From Acidimicrobiales bacterium (GTDB taxonomy: Bacteria > Actinomycetota > Actinomycetes > Mycobacteriales > QHCE01), in NCBI GenBank assembly GCA_003243955.1, contig QHCE01000009.1:5225-69224 (forward strand): a stretch of DNA of 64,000 nt. Reading direction: 5' to 3'. The notes under the pieces were generated by a model. That model made no database searches and was not told the origin of the DNA. It saw nothing but the letters and a program-made list of their open reading frames with translations. Position 1 is the first letter of the stretch. Every line of letters begins with the position of its first letter. Below, one piece after another: positions 1 to 10,906 of the stretch. Made by a program: the position numbers and the translations under genes.

Positions 1-2191
1 CCGAACGCGCCGCCGAACCGAGCTCGGCCAGCCGCTGCGCTACCGCGTTCATAGCCGCGTCAGACTCGTGCAGCGCCGATAGCGTGGATTGCGCCACGCC
101 AGCAGCGACGCTCACGTCTTTTTCGGCTGCGTCCAGCTGCGTCTGAAGCTCCGCAGCGCGATCGATAGCCCTGCGTCGGGCAGAAATGGCCGCTTCCAGC
201 GTGGCTTGCACCTCAATAACGCTGGGCGCACTGGCAGACCCACCGGCGGCGTGGGTTAACCCGAGCACGTCGCCGTCTAGGGTGACGGCCCGAACACCGG
301 TAACCTCGGCAACGACGCGCCGCGCGGCGGCCAGATCGGAAGTGAGCACAACATCGTGCAAGAGCTGGGCCACCGCCGGCCCCACAGCAGAAGGCGCCTG
401 CACCACCTCGACCGCCCAGCGCGCTCCCAGCGGCAGCTCCTGACGCCTCGGCTGTAGTGCGGGAGCCTCGGGAGAGCTGCCAATCAGCACATGCGTTCGA
501 CCTGCATCATCAGCTTTCAGTAGCTCCAGTGCGGCCAGCGCCTGCGCGGCCGAAGACACCGCGACCCCGTTGGCCAGCTCACCTAGTGCCGCGGCAATCG
601 CCGCTTCAGTGCCGGGCTCCACCGAAAGCACAGCAGCCACACTGCCCAGCACTCCGCCGAGCCGATCCCCGGCCGCCAGCAACGCCCCTGCGGCATCCTT
701 GCGAGTCAGGCTAAGCTCCAGCGCCTCGGCCCGAGCGGTGCTTTCGGAAACTCCGCGGTCCGCGGTGTGAAGCTGCTCAGTGAGCTCAGCTACTCGCGCA
801 CGTGTACTCTCCATCGCCGCGGACGCCGCAACATGGCGGGCATCAAGGTCAAGCTCTCCTTCGTCGAGGCCATGTACGTCGTTTTGCAACCGGTCAAACT
901 CGGCCTCGGCGGCTTGGGCGCGTTGTCGAGCATCTGCCAACGCCAATAGCAGCCGGTCGATCTCATCACTAGCCGCCTGGGTACGGCTGCGCAGGGCTGA
1001 AACTCGCCCAGCCAGCTTGGCGAGCCCTTCCCGGCGGTCCGCAGCTGCCCGTACGCGTGCGACCAAAGTCTTTTCGGCCTGATCCGCACACTGCTCGGCA
1101 TCGGTCCGGCGCTGAACTGCCTCGCTCAAGCGCTCACGATCAGCATCGAGCGCGGCACACAGCTCGGTGTATTGCTCGCGCACAGCGTGAGCCTCGCGGT
1201 TCAGTGCATCTGGGTCACGTGACGACCGAGTTTCCAGCTGCTCGCTGGTAGCAAATCGCACCCGCTCAGCGGCCAGTTGGGTGGTGCCGCGAAAACGCTC
1301 GGCCAACGCAGAAAGTAAGTACCAGGTCTCTTGTGCTCGGGCGAGGGTAGGCGCCTGTGCGGCGAGCTGCTGCTCCAGAGCTGCCTCCTGTGTTCGACCC
1401 TGATTGAGCTGCTGTTCGTATTCATCTCGGCGGCTTCGCACTGACGCTTCGTCGGCGACCTCTTTGTCCAGCTCTGTCCGCAGGGCAAGCAAATCATCGG
1501 CCAGCAGTCGGAGACGTGAATCACGCAAGTCGGCTTGAATTCCAGCGGCGCGGCGTGCAACCTCTGCTTGGCGGCCTAGCGGTTTGAGCTGCCGTCTTAA
1601 CTCAGCGGTGAGGTCGTTCACCCGGTTGAGGTTGGCCTGCATTGCATCAAGCTTGCGCAAAGCTTTTTCTTTACGTTTGCGGTGCTTGAGAACTCCGGCG
1701 GCCTCCTCAATGAAACCGCGCCGATCCTCAGGTCTGGCCTGGAGCACGGAGTCTAGCTGCCCTTGCCCGACGATGACATGCATTTCGCGGCCAATGCCGG
1801 AATCTGACAGCAGCTCTTGAACATCGAGCAGGCGGCAGGAGTTACCGTTGATTTCGTACTCACTGTCGCCGCTACGAAACAAGCGTCGAGTGATGGAAAT
1901 TTCGGTGTAGTCAATAGGCAATGCGGCGTCGGAATTGTCTATGGTAAGCGTGACCTCAGCCCGGCCTAGAGGGGGCCGGCCAGCCGTGCCGGCAAAGATA
2001 ACGTCATCCATCTTGCCGCCGCGTAACGTTTTTGCGCCCTGCTCGCCAAGCACCCACGCGATGGCGTCCACCACGTTGGATTTACCGGAGCCATTAGGCC
2101 CGACCACGCAGGTAATCCCTGGCTCAAACCGGAACGTGGTAGCCGAAGCGAAGGACTTAAAGCCCTTGAGCGTCAAGCTAGACAAATACAC
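1..2191 (-). CDS. smc: Chromosome segregation protein SMC, N-terminal part. The 3' end runs off the window, so it is absent from the ORF track.
   Basis: Manual minus-strand translation from GTG at 2191 gives VYLSSLTLKGFKSFASATTFRFEPGITCVVGPNGSGKSNVVDAIAWVLGEQGAKTLRGGKMDDVIF (Walker A GPNGSGKS), followed by long coiled-coil-like sequence. It sits in an rnc-mutM-smc neighbourhood. Confidence 0.9.
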   Translation of the reverse strand, partial: MYLSSLTLKGFKSFASATTFRFEPGITCVVGPNGSGKSNVVDAIAWVLGEQGAKTLRGGKMDDVIFAGTAGRPPLGRAEVTLTIDNSDAALPIDYTEISITRRLFRSGDSEYEINGNSCRLLDVQELLSDSGIGREMHVIVGQGQLDSVLQARPEDRRGFIEEAAGVLKHRKRKEKALRKLDAMQANLNRVNDLTAELRRQLKPLGRQAEVARRAAGIQADLRDSRLRLLADDLLALRTELDKEVADEASVRSRRDEYEQQLNQGRTQEAALEQQLAAQAPTLARAQETWYLLSALAERFRGTTQLAAERVRFATSEQLETRSSRDPDALNREAHAVREQYTELCAALDADRERLSEAVQRRTDAEQCADQAEKTLVARVRAAADRREGLAKLAGRVSALRSRTQAASDEIDRLLLALADARQRAQAAEAEFDRLQNDVHGLDEGELDLDARHVAASAAMESTRARVAELTEQLHTADRGVSESTARAEALELSLTRKDAAGALLAAGDRLGGVLGSVAAVLSVEPGTEAAIAAALGELANGVAVSSAAQALAALELLKADDAGRTHVLIGSSPEAPALQPRRQELPLGARWAVEVVQAPSAVGPAVAQLLHDVVLTSDLAAARRVVAEVTGVRAVTLDGDVLGLTHAAGGSASAPSVIEVQATLEAAISARRRAIDRAAELQTQLDAAEKDVSVAAGVAQSTLSALHESDAAMNAVAQRLAELGSAARS

Positions 2192-2254
2192 GTTTTAAGA
2201 CTCTAGTGCTACAGGCCGGCCGCCGCTGGCACAGGTGGAACAAGCGCCGATAGC

Positions 2255-2335
2255 ACCAACCAAGGCCGCAGGAGCCGCCGTGTTCGAAAGATTCGGAAAG
2301 GCGGCTCCAGAACAGCAAACGCCGGCAGGGACCCA
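2255..2335 (+). repeat. Family-2 structured repeat, copy A (degenerate, left terminal arm missing)
   Basis: The core CCAAGGCCGCAGGAGCCGCC...GGCGGCTCC...AACGCCGGCAGGGACC is shared with 5333-5444, 46911-47006 and 51372-51476. It has an internal 9-bp stem GGAGCCGCC (2271-2279) / GGCGGCTCC (2300-2308). Confidence 0.5.
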
Positions 2336-2342
2336 TAGGGGC

Positions 2343-2552
2343 TTAGGTGAGCGCGGGTTCTTCCAGTGAGGTTGTTAGCCGACTGAAATCGTCGTTGTAT
2401 GCAGAGAGCGCCGCGGCAAGCCTGTCGTTGTCTGCTCGCAGCCGGGCAACTTCAAACCCTAAAGCCTGAACACTATCCTTGAGTCGCTGCAACTCATCGC
2501 GCAATGCTGGTTCTGTAACAGTGCCGATGTGGCCAAACAGCGCCTTTGCCAT
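2343..2552 (-). CDS. Hypothetical small coiled-coil protein (69 aa)
   Basis: ORF-track ORF with heptad-like Leu/Ala/Arg pattern (RDELQRLKDSVQALGFEVARLRADNDRLAAAL). I recognise no family. Confidence 0.4.
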   Translation of the reverse strand: MAKALFGHIGTVTEPALRDELQRLKDSVQALGFEVARLRADNDRLAAALSAYNDDFSRLTTSLEEPALT

Positions 2553-2974
2553 AATCTCTCCTCGTAAACCATCTCACGCCTGAGCTGGACGGACGCTAAA
2601 ACGCATCTCCAGTTACCGCCGTGCCATATGAAAAAATGCATACGTTCTGCTAACGCAGAACAAGGATAGCCAGGCTGGATCGGGTTTTACCTTTATGCCT
2701 ATCCGGTCTGGCTATGCTTGAGCTGATTCAGCACTACCTAATGTACTATACTCCCGCCGACGTTCGCGCAGGTCAATGCCTGACGGAAATGGGTTTTCTG
2801 TGCCGCGGCCTAAACAAGCGGGGGCGTTATATATACGGTAGTCGCGAAGCGTCTACCTCCGCGGCCAAACGGCTGATACCGCTGTGACCTTTAACACAGA
2901 TAAGAACTACAGCTATAGGCTTGTTTACCGGCAAATCCGCACTCAGCGGTAGAAATGAACATACCGTAACTGTC

Positions 2975-3643
2975 ATGGCAAGCCCCGGAAGCGCAATTTC
3001 AGCCGAGCTGATTGCTGCGCTTGTAGCAGCGCTCGCCGCGCTGACGACATACTCACACGCGCCGGTGCAGCCGGCCCCCACCGACGCGGTCCAGACTATT
3101 CCAAGCGCATCCAGCACCGTCAGCGAGGCTGCCTCATCACAGCCGACCACGGTGGTGCGGCAAGCAGCGCCAAGCCCAAGCATGGCTACTCCCAGTACGC
3201 AACTCCCCAGCGCCCCGATCGCTCCGGCAGCACCAGTTACCGATTCGCAAGCACAACAGGTCTTGCAGTTAGTGAATAGGCAACGTAGCGGCGCCGGTTG
3301 CGCTCCAGTGCAGCTGGAGCCACGCCTCACTCAAGCCGCATCGGCCCACAGCCGCGATATGGCTAACCGCCGGTACTTCGACCACCAAAGCCCCGACGGC
3401 GACTCCCCTGCCGAGCGCGTCACCAAAGCCGGATACAGCTGGTCCGGCACCGGGGAGAACATTGCGGCTGGGCAAAGCACTCCGCAAAAGGTCATGGACT
3501 CCTGGATGCACAGTGAAGACCACCGCAAAAACATTCTGAATTGCATGTGGCACGACATGGGCCTTGCCGTAGTGCATCAAGGCCCCCAGTCGCCGTACTG
3601 GACGCAAGAATTCGGCGCCCCACGCAGCCAGCGACGCGACTAA
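2975..3643 (+). CDS. Secreted or membrane-anchored CAP/SCP (YkwD-like) domain protein
   Basis: The C-terminal region has CAP-like motifs: NRQRSGAGCAPVQLEPRLTQAASAHSRDMANRRYFDHQSPDG...GENIAAGQSTPQKVMDSWMHSEDHRKNIL. A hydrophobic N-terminal segment is AISAELIAALVAALAAL. I chose ATG 2975 inside track ORF 2921..3643; the start is uncertain. Confidence 0.7.
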   Translation: MASPGSAISAELIAALVAALAALTTYSHAPVQPAPTDAVQTIPSASSTVSEAASSQPTTVVRQAAPSPSMATPSTQLPSAPIAPAAPVTDSQAQQVLQLVNRQRSGAGCAPVQLEPRLTQAASAHSRDMANRRYFDHQSPDGDSPAERVTKAGYSWSGTGENIAAGQSTPQKVMDSWMHSEDHRKNILNCMWHDMGLAVVHQGPQSPYWTQEFGAPRSQRRD

Positions 3644-3708
3644 ACGCAACCTTCGCGATAAGAGGCGCCAAGGTGCCGCAAGAAATTCAGGCATTATTTG
3701 GGGTTCCG

Positions 3709-4578
3709 CTAAGCTTGGGGCTGGCAGCTCGGGCAGTAGAAGGATGAGCGGTTCAGAAACGCTTCTCGCACAATCGCGGTACCGCAGCGCGGGCATGGTC
3801 GGCCATGCTGCCCGTAGGCGTGCAACGAACGATTGAAGTAGCCACTGCGACCATTGACATTCACGTACAGCGAATCAAAAGAAGTACCTCCCGCCGCCAA
3901 CGCCGCTGTGAAAACCTCCCGCAAGCCGACGAGTAGGGCACAAATCTCGAAATTAGTGATTTTCTGGGTGGGCCGTGCGTAATGTACTCGGGCCCGCCAC
4001 AACGCCTCATCGGCATAGATGTTTCCGACGCCAGAAATCAACGTTTGGTCCAGCAAAGCCCGCTTGATGTGAGTACGACGAGCCCGCAGCTTGGCGGAGA
4101 ACACCGCATCGTTGAATGCCCGATCTAGCGGGTCGGGCGCAATGTGCTCCAGACATGCTGGGGGTGCATCGCCAACGGTGGCAGCTACCCATAGCCCGCC
4201 AAAGGTTCGTTGGTCTACAAAGTGCAGACGGCTGGCCTCTGGATTGGCTTCCTGGCTAGCAGCACCAAGTTCAAAACTCACGCGCAGATGCGCGCGCTGT
4301 TGCGACGGCTGGGGCAGCGCAGAAACCAACAGCTGTCCGCTCATACCCAGATGTGCGAGCAGGCAGGCGCCGGTGTCGAGCGGAAGCCAGAGAAATTTGC
4401 CTCGTCGGCGAACGTCTCGAATAGTCGCCCCAGTGACCTGTTCGAGGAAGTCGTCAGGCCCAGCGGCATGCCGCCGAATAGCACGAGGATGCAATACCAC
4501 CGCGCCGGTGATGCGTCGCTGCCGCACCCAGCGATGCAGCCCGCGCCGAATAACTTCGACCTCAGGTAACTCCGGCAT
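3709..4578 (-). CDS. mutM: Formamidopyrimidine-DNA glycosylase
   Basis: It has the N-terminal MPELPEVE motif and a C-terminal zinc finger CPRCGTAI...CPSCQ, and sits beside rnc. Confidence 0.9.
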   Translation of the reverse strand: MPELPEVEVIRRGLHRWVRQRRITGAVVLHPRAIRRHAAGPDDFLEQVTGATIRDVRRRGKFLWLPLDTGACLLAHLGMSGQLLVSALPQPSQQRAHLRVSFELGAASQEANPEASRLHFVDQRTFGGLWVAATVGDAPPACLEHIAPDPLDRAFNDAVFSAKLRARRTHIKRALLDQTLISGVGNIYADEALWRARVHYARPTQKITNFEICALLVGLREVFTAALAAGGTSFDSLYVNVNGRSGYFNRSLHAYGQHGRPCPRCGTAIVREAFLNRSSFYCPSCQPQA

Positions 4579-4587
4579 AACGCAGCT

Positions 4588-5310
4588 CTACTCAGCGCTC
4601 AGTAGCTGCCATGCCTGTTGCGCAGCGTGCTGTTCGGCCGCTTTCTTGCTGTTTCCACGGCCACTGCCTACCCTGCGACCGGCCACTAACAGGATCGCCT
4701 CAAAGCGCTTGGCATGGTCAGGTCCGGATTCACTGATCTCATACACCGGAACGCCTAGCCCCTGCGCGGCGGCGAGCTCCTGCAGCGACGTTTTCCAATC
4801 CAGTCCCACGCCGAGCTGTGCAGCCTGTTCAATCACGGGATCGAACAACTGATGCACGACTCGTGAGGCGGCCTCTAGCCCCAACTGGATGTAGATCGCA
4901 CCAAGCAGCGCCTCGCAGGTGTCGGCAAGAATACTGGCCTTTTCCCGGCCGCCGGTAGCCTCCTCGCCTTTGCCGAGTAGCACGTGCACGCCTAAACCGT
5001 GCTCGCCCAGCCGGCGCGCAACATCGGCCAATGCCCGCATATTCACTACCGAAGAGCGCAGCTTCGCAAGCTGTCCCTCAGGGAGTTCGGGGTAGTTGCG
5101 GTATAGCGTCGAGGTAACGACTAACCCCAGGACGGAGTCGCCTAGGAACTCCAACCGCTCATTGGTGGGCAGGCCGCCGTGCTCGTAGGCGTAGGAGCGG
5201 TGCGTGAGGGTGAGCCGCAGAAAGGGTTCGTCCAACGTCACGCCAAGCACAGCGTTCAGTTCCCGAGCAGCCGCGCGGACATGTGCGTCCACAGAGCTAG
5301 CCGTACTCAT
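4588..5310 (-). CDS. rnc: Ribonuclease III
   Basis: It carries the RNase III signature [13 protein letters not shown] plus a C-terminal dsRNA-binding region ([19 protein letters not shown]...[15 protein letters not shown]). Confidence 0.92.
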   Translation of the reverse strand: MSTASSVDAHVRAAARELNAVLGVTLDEPFLRLTLTHRSYAYEHGGLPTNERLEFLGDSVLGLVVTSTLYRNYPELPEGQLAKLRSSVVNMRALADVARRLGEHGLGVHVLLGKGEEATGGREKASILADTCEALLGAIYIQLGLEAASRVVHQLFDPVIEQAAQLGVGLDWKTSLQELAAAQGLGVPVYEISESGPDHAKRFEAILLVAGRRVGSGRGNSKKAAEQHAAQQAWQLLSAE

Positions 5311-5332
5311 GACGTTATGTAAAGACAGAAGT

Positions 5333-5444
5333 GTGCGTCAATCGGTCTCTGCCAAGGCCGCAGGAGCCGCCGCCTACGAAAATGGAGCGCAGCGGAATGG
5401 GTAGGCAAGGTGACGAGAACGCCGGCAGGGGCCGATTGACGCAC
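5333..5444 (+). repeat. Family-2 structured repeat, copy B (complete)
   Basis: It has 21-nt terminal arms GTGCGTCAATCGGTCTCTGCC / GGCAGGGGCCGATTGACGCAC, which pair at 19 Watson-Crick plus 2 G.U positions on the + strand. The core is CAAGGCCGCAGGAGCCGCCGCCTAC...GTAGGCAAGGTGACGAGAACGCCGGCAGG. It fills the rpmF-rnc spacer. Confidence 0.7.
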
Positions 5445-5447
5445 GCT

Positions 5448-5630
5448 CTACGCAACTTCGAGGATCTGGCGGCCCTTATACATGCCACAGGTCTCACACA
5501 TCACATGCGAAAGTTTTGGCGCCCCACACTGCGGGCATGCACTGTAGTTGACCGGTTTGATCTTGCTGATCCAGTTCGCACGCCTCGAGCGAGTGTTCGC
5601 GCGAGACATTCGGCGTTTGGGGACGGCCAC
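5448..5630 (-). CDS. rpmF: 50S ribosomal protein L32
   Basis: MAVPKRRMSRANTRSRRANW... with CPQCG...CETCG zinc-ribbon cysteines. Confidence 0.92.
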   Translation of the reverse strand: MAVPKRRMSRANTRSRRANWISKIKPVNYSACPQCGAPKLSHVMCETCGMYKGRQILEVA

Positions 5631-5633
5631 GTC

Positions 5634-6263
5634 TTAGTTCTCCTGTTCACCTGACGGGCTCAGTACGGTAGAGCCCGTTGCCGCGCCGCCGGCGGTGTCG
5701 CCGGTGCGGCTGTCTAATAGTTCCTGCAGCGCAGCCCACCGAATATCGCTTTCTTCGTGGCAATGATCGGCGGGTAGCTGATCCACCTGCTCACCACAGC
5801 CAGCGCAGAGCCCTGGGCAGTCTTGCCGACACAACGGGGTGGTTGGTAACGCTAACAGCACCGCATCCCGTATTACCGGCTCGGTGTCTATCCTCTCATC
5901 CCGCAGTCGGCTGACTTCATCGGCGTCAGTCGTCTGGTCAGTAGTGCTGTCCGGAAAGGCGTACAGCTCGCAGATGTCCACTGCGAGCTCGTCATTGATT
6001 TCCCGTAAACAGCGGCCACATTCACCGTGCACACGTGCCTGCACAACACCGGTGAACACCACACCTTCCACCACCGATTCCAGGCGCGCTTCCAGCCGCA
6101 GCGTCGAATCAACTGGCACAACGATCATGTCGGTGCCAAATCCGGTGGGAGTGGGAATGTCTCGTTGCACTCTTCTCACGGAGCCAGCTCGCCGTTCCAG
6201 CTCTAGCGTGCTGAATACGAATGGCGAACGCGGATCAGGCGCAGCGTTGGTCATGGCAGTCAT
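5634..6263 (-). CDS. DUF177/YceD family protein (rRNA large-subunit accumulation protein-like)
   Basis: It lies directly upstream of rpmF, which is the usual position. It has the C-terminal cysteine motif CRQDCPGLCAGCG and an acidic tail. Confidence 0.8.
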   Translation of the reverse strand: MTAMTNAAPDPRSPFVFSTLELERRAGSVRRVQRDIPTPTGFGTDMIVVPVDSTLRLEARLESVVEGVVFTGVVQARVHGECGRCLREINDELAVDICELYAFPDSTTDQTTDADEVSRLRDERIDTEPVIRDAVLLALPTTPLCRQDCPGLCAGCGEQVDQLPADHCHEESDIRWAALQELLDSRTGDTAGGAATGSTVLSPSGEQEN

Positions 6264-6308
6264 CGCTCATAAAGTCTACTGCGCCTCACATTCGGGCACA
6301 GAGGCTGG

Positions 6309-8411
<2,103 letters not shown>

Positions 8412-8546
8412 CTATGAGGTTAGCGCCTCTGACACAGCACGGCTGTAATGGGCACGCATCCGCAATGGGAGGCAATTTAATGGTGAACATCGTTCCGGTT
8501 TGGATTCCCTAATCCCCTGTTGGAAAGCCAACATATACTTTCTCGA

Positions 8547-10772
8547 ATGAGCAATTCGGTGCCGGCAATCTCGACGCTCGAGGAGCGACCTGACCCCTCG
8601 CCGGCCTCTTGGAAGGACTGGGTGGGCCGGCGCTGGTCGTCGGCGGCAGCCATCCGCGCCGTGCAGGCAGCCGTGGTCCTACCCGGCCTGTTCGCATTTT
8701 GTTACCAGGTTGTAGGCGACCGGCAGATGGCTACCTTCGCCGCGTTCGGCAGTTTCTCGACCTTAGTGTTTGCCGGATTCACCGGGACTCGGAGAGACAA
8801 ATTGGCTGCCCATCTAGGGTTAGCAGTGGTCGGAAGCGTCCTAGTCGCTCTAGGCACCGTGGTGAGCTCATTACCGGTGCTGGCCACGCTCGTCATGCTG
8901 GTAGTCGGCTTCGCGGTGTTGTTCCTCGGGATCGTGGGACCGAATGTGGCATCGGGAGCCACGGCTGTACTGCTTGCATTCGTGCTACCGGCCGCTTCTC
9001 CGGGAACGATTTCAATGGTGCCGTCACGTCTGGAGGGGTGGTGGTTGGCGTCAGTGGCAGGAACGATCGCCATCCTGTTGTTCTCCCCTAAGCCAGCTGT
9101 TGACCCGCTGCGAGTTGACGTCGCGAGCTTGGCCCGAGCGTTGGCAGACGAGCTGGAGACAGTGACAGCGGGCGTGTTCGACGCGGACAAGCGGGACCAG
9201 TCGCTGGCGGCACAGCGAAAAATGCTCGCAGCGTTCACGGCGAGCCCATTCCGACCAACGGGTTTGACCACCTCTGATCAGGCGCTGAACAATATGGTGG
9301 GGATTCTCGAGTGGGTAAGTGGGTTGATCGGGGACGCCGTTCGCCAGTACTCCCGAGGTGTCGGCATCGACCAGGGTGATCAGGAACTCCTCCGCGAGGC
9401 AGCGATGACACTGCGACGCATAAGTTCGCTACTCGCTGGGGACAGCGGTGGCTTTGCTCTCGATCGCCTTAAGGAACTGCGTCAGCAGCGAGCGCACGCC
9501 GTGAGCGACACAGCAACAAACACACCCGAATTTTTTCAGATCGCCCACAGGGCTTTCCACGCCCGGATGGTGGCGCTCGCGGTGCAAGCCGCCGGCGCCG
9601 ATGCGCTCATTGTGGCCCGTCGTGCTGGCTCAGAGGCGATTGCCAAGCGACGCCTGCGATGGATTGGCAACGATACGGCTGTCGACGCCAAAGCGCCCCC
9701 CAGCCGTTGGGACGGGTTTCGCATCGGAGCGGGAGTTATCGGTCGCCATGCCAGCCTGCGTTCAATGTGGCTCCACAACAGCGCTCGAGGAGCACTCGCC
9801 CTGGCTGCTGCCGTTGCCATCGCCGATTTAAGCGGCGTTCAGCACGGTTTCTGGGTTGTGTTGGCCGCCCTGTCGGTCTTGCGAGCCAACGCCGCATCAA
9901 CCGGGGTCACCGCTGTACGGGCAATCGCCGGCACCGGCATCGGCTTCGTGATCGGCGCTGGCATCGTCGCGGCTGTTGGCACCAACCCTACGGCGTTGTG
10001 GCTGGTGCTGCCCGTGGCCGTCCTAGTCGCGTCATACACGCCGGGCGTCACATCGTTCGTGACCGGACAGGCCGCATTCACAGTCGCGGTGGCCGTGCTC
10101 TACAACCTGTTGGTGCCCGTAGGGTGGGTGGTGGGCTTGGTTCGCATTGAGGCCGTGGCCATGGGATGCCTGGTGAGCCTGGGGGTTGGTCTACTGCTGT
10201 GGCCCCGAGGTGCCGCAGCAGTAGTGGGCACCGACCTCTATGACGCATTCACCACCGGCTCCAACTACCTCCGCCAAGCGGCGAGTTGGGCGCTAGGGAC
10301 ACGGCCCAGCCCACCCGATGCGGGAGTGGAGGCGGTTGCCACCGCCGCTCGGCTCGACGATGCCCTGCGCGGCTATCTGAACGAGCAAGGCGCCAAACAG
10401 GTCATCAAAAACGACCTGTGGCGCTTAGTGGGGGCAGCGACGCGCCTGCGCCTCACCGCTGCATCCCTTGCTGGTATGGCTCCGTCTCCGACGAAAGCGG
10501 TGCAGGGTCACATCCTCGGCGAGAACGTGACCGCCTTGGCCAACTGGTACCAGAACCTTGCCAGCCACCTCTCACGGACTACCCCTTCTCGCATCGGCAC
10601 TATCACCCTCCCTGCGCTCCAGATGATCGAGGCCACCGCGCTTCATACCTGTGACCCCCGCAACCTCCTCGATATCGATTACCACCTGCGGGACCTCCAT
10701 GCCCACCAACGTGAGATAGTCGAGCCGGCCGGGCGAGTCGCAACTTTGCAACACCGGCAATGGTGGCGTTGA
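8547..10772 (+). CDS. FUSC-family (fusaric acid resistance / aromatic acid exporter-like) integral membrane protein
   Basis: Two multi-TM blocks are separated by a soluble helical region, which is the typical FUSC architecture. I chose ATG 8547 inside track ORF 8520..10772. Confidence 0.6.
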   Translation: MSNSVPAISTLEERPDPSPASWKDWVGRRWSSAAAIRAVQAAVVLPGLFAFCYQVVGDRQMATFAAFGSFSTLVFAGFTGTRRDKLAAHLGLAVVGSVLVALGTVVSSLPVLATLVMLVVGFAVLFLGIVGPNVASGATAVLLAFVLPAASPGTISMVPSRLEGWWLASVAGTIAILLFSPKPAVDPLRVDVASLARALADELETVTAGVFDADKRDQSLAAQRKMLAAFTASPFRPTGLTTSDQALNNMVGILEWVSGLIGDAVRQYSRGVGIDQGDQELLREAAMTLRRISSLLAGDSGGFALDRLKELRQQRAHAVSDTATNTPEFFQIAHRAFHARMVALAVQAAGADALIVARRAGSEAIAKRRLRWIGNDTAVDAKAPPSRWDGFRIGAGVIGRHASLRSMWLHNSARGALALAAAVAIADLSGVQHGFWVVLAALSVLRANAASTGVTAVRAIAGTGIGFVIGAGIVAAVGTNPTALWLVLPVAVLVASYTPGVTSFVTGQAAFTVAVAVLYNLLVPVGWVVGLVRIEAVAMGCLVSLGVGLLLWPRGAAAVVGTDLYDAFTTGSNYLRQAASWALGTRPSPPDAGVEAVATAARLDDALRGYLNEQGAKQVIKNDLWRLVGAATRLRLTAASLAGMAPSPTKAVQGHILGENVTALANWYQNLASHLSRTTPSRIGTITLPALQMIEATALHTCDPRNLLDIDYHLRDLHAHQREIVEPAGRVATLQHRQWWR

Positions 10773-10906
10773 GTAGCCAGAGGTCGCGTCGCGGGTAACT
10801 AACGAGTAAGTTAGCCGCACTCAGCAGTACTATCGTACCTATCGCCTAGTAACGTCACGACTGTTACGTTTGCGTTCTCTTCTCGGCGCCCAAAGGAGTC
10901 AATCCG

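Noticed and set aside
2760-2875. c-di-GMP-I (GEMM-I) riboswitch resemblance (GCGCAGGUCAAUGCC, GGCCUAAAC, GCGGGGG, CGGUAG)
   Set aside because: The similar words occur in a different order from the GEMM-I consensus as I remember it, and GACGCAAAGC is absent. This is likely coincidence in GC-rich sequence.
10779-10805. Solo family-1 terminus-like words AGAGGTCGCG (10780) and AGAGGTCGC (about 54019)
   Set aside because: These are 9-10 nt matches only, with no partner arm or core nearby. That is within chance expectation for a 64-kb window searched on both strands.
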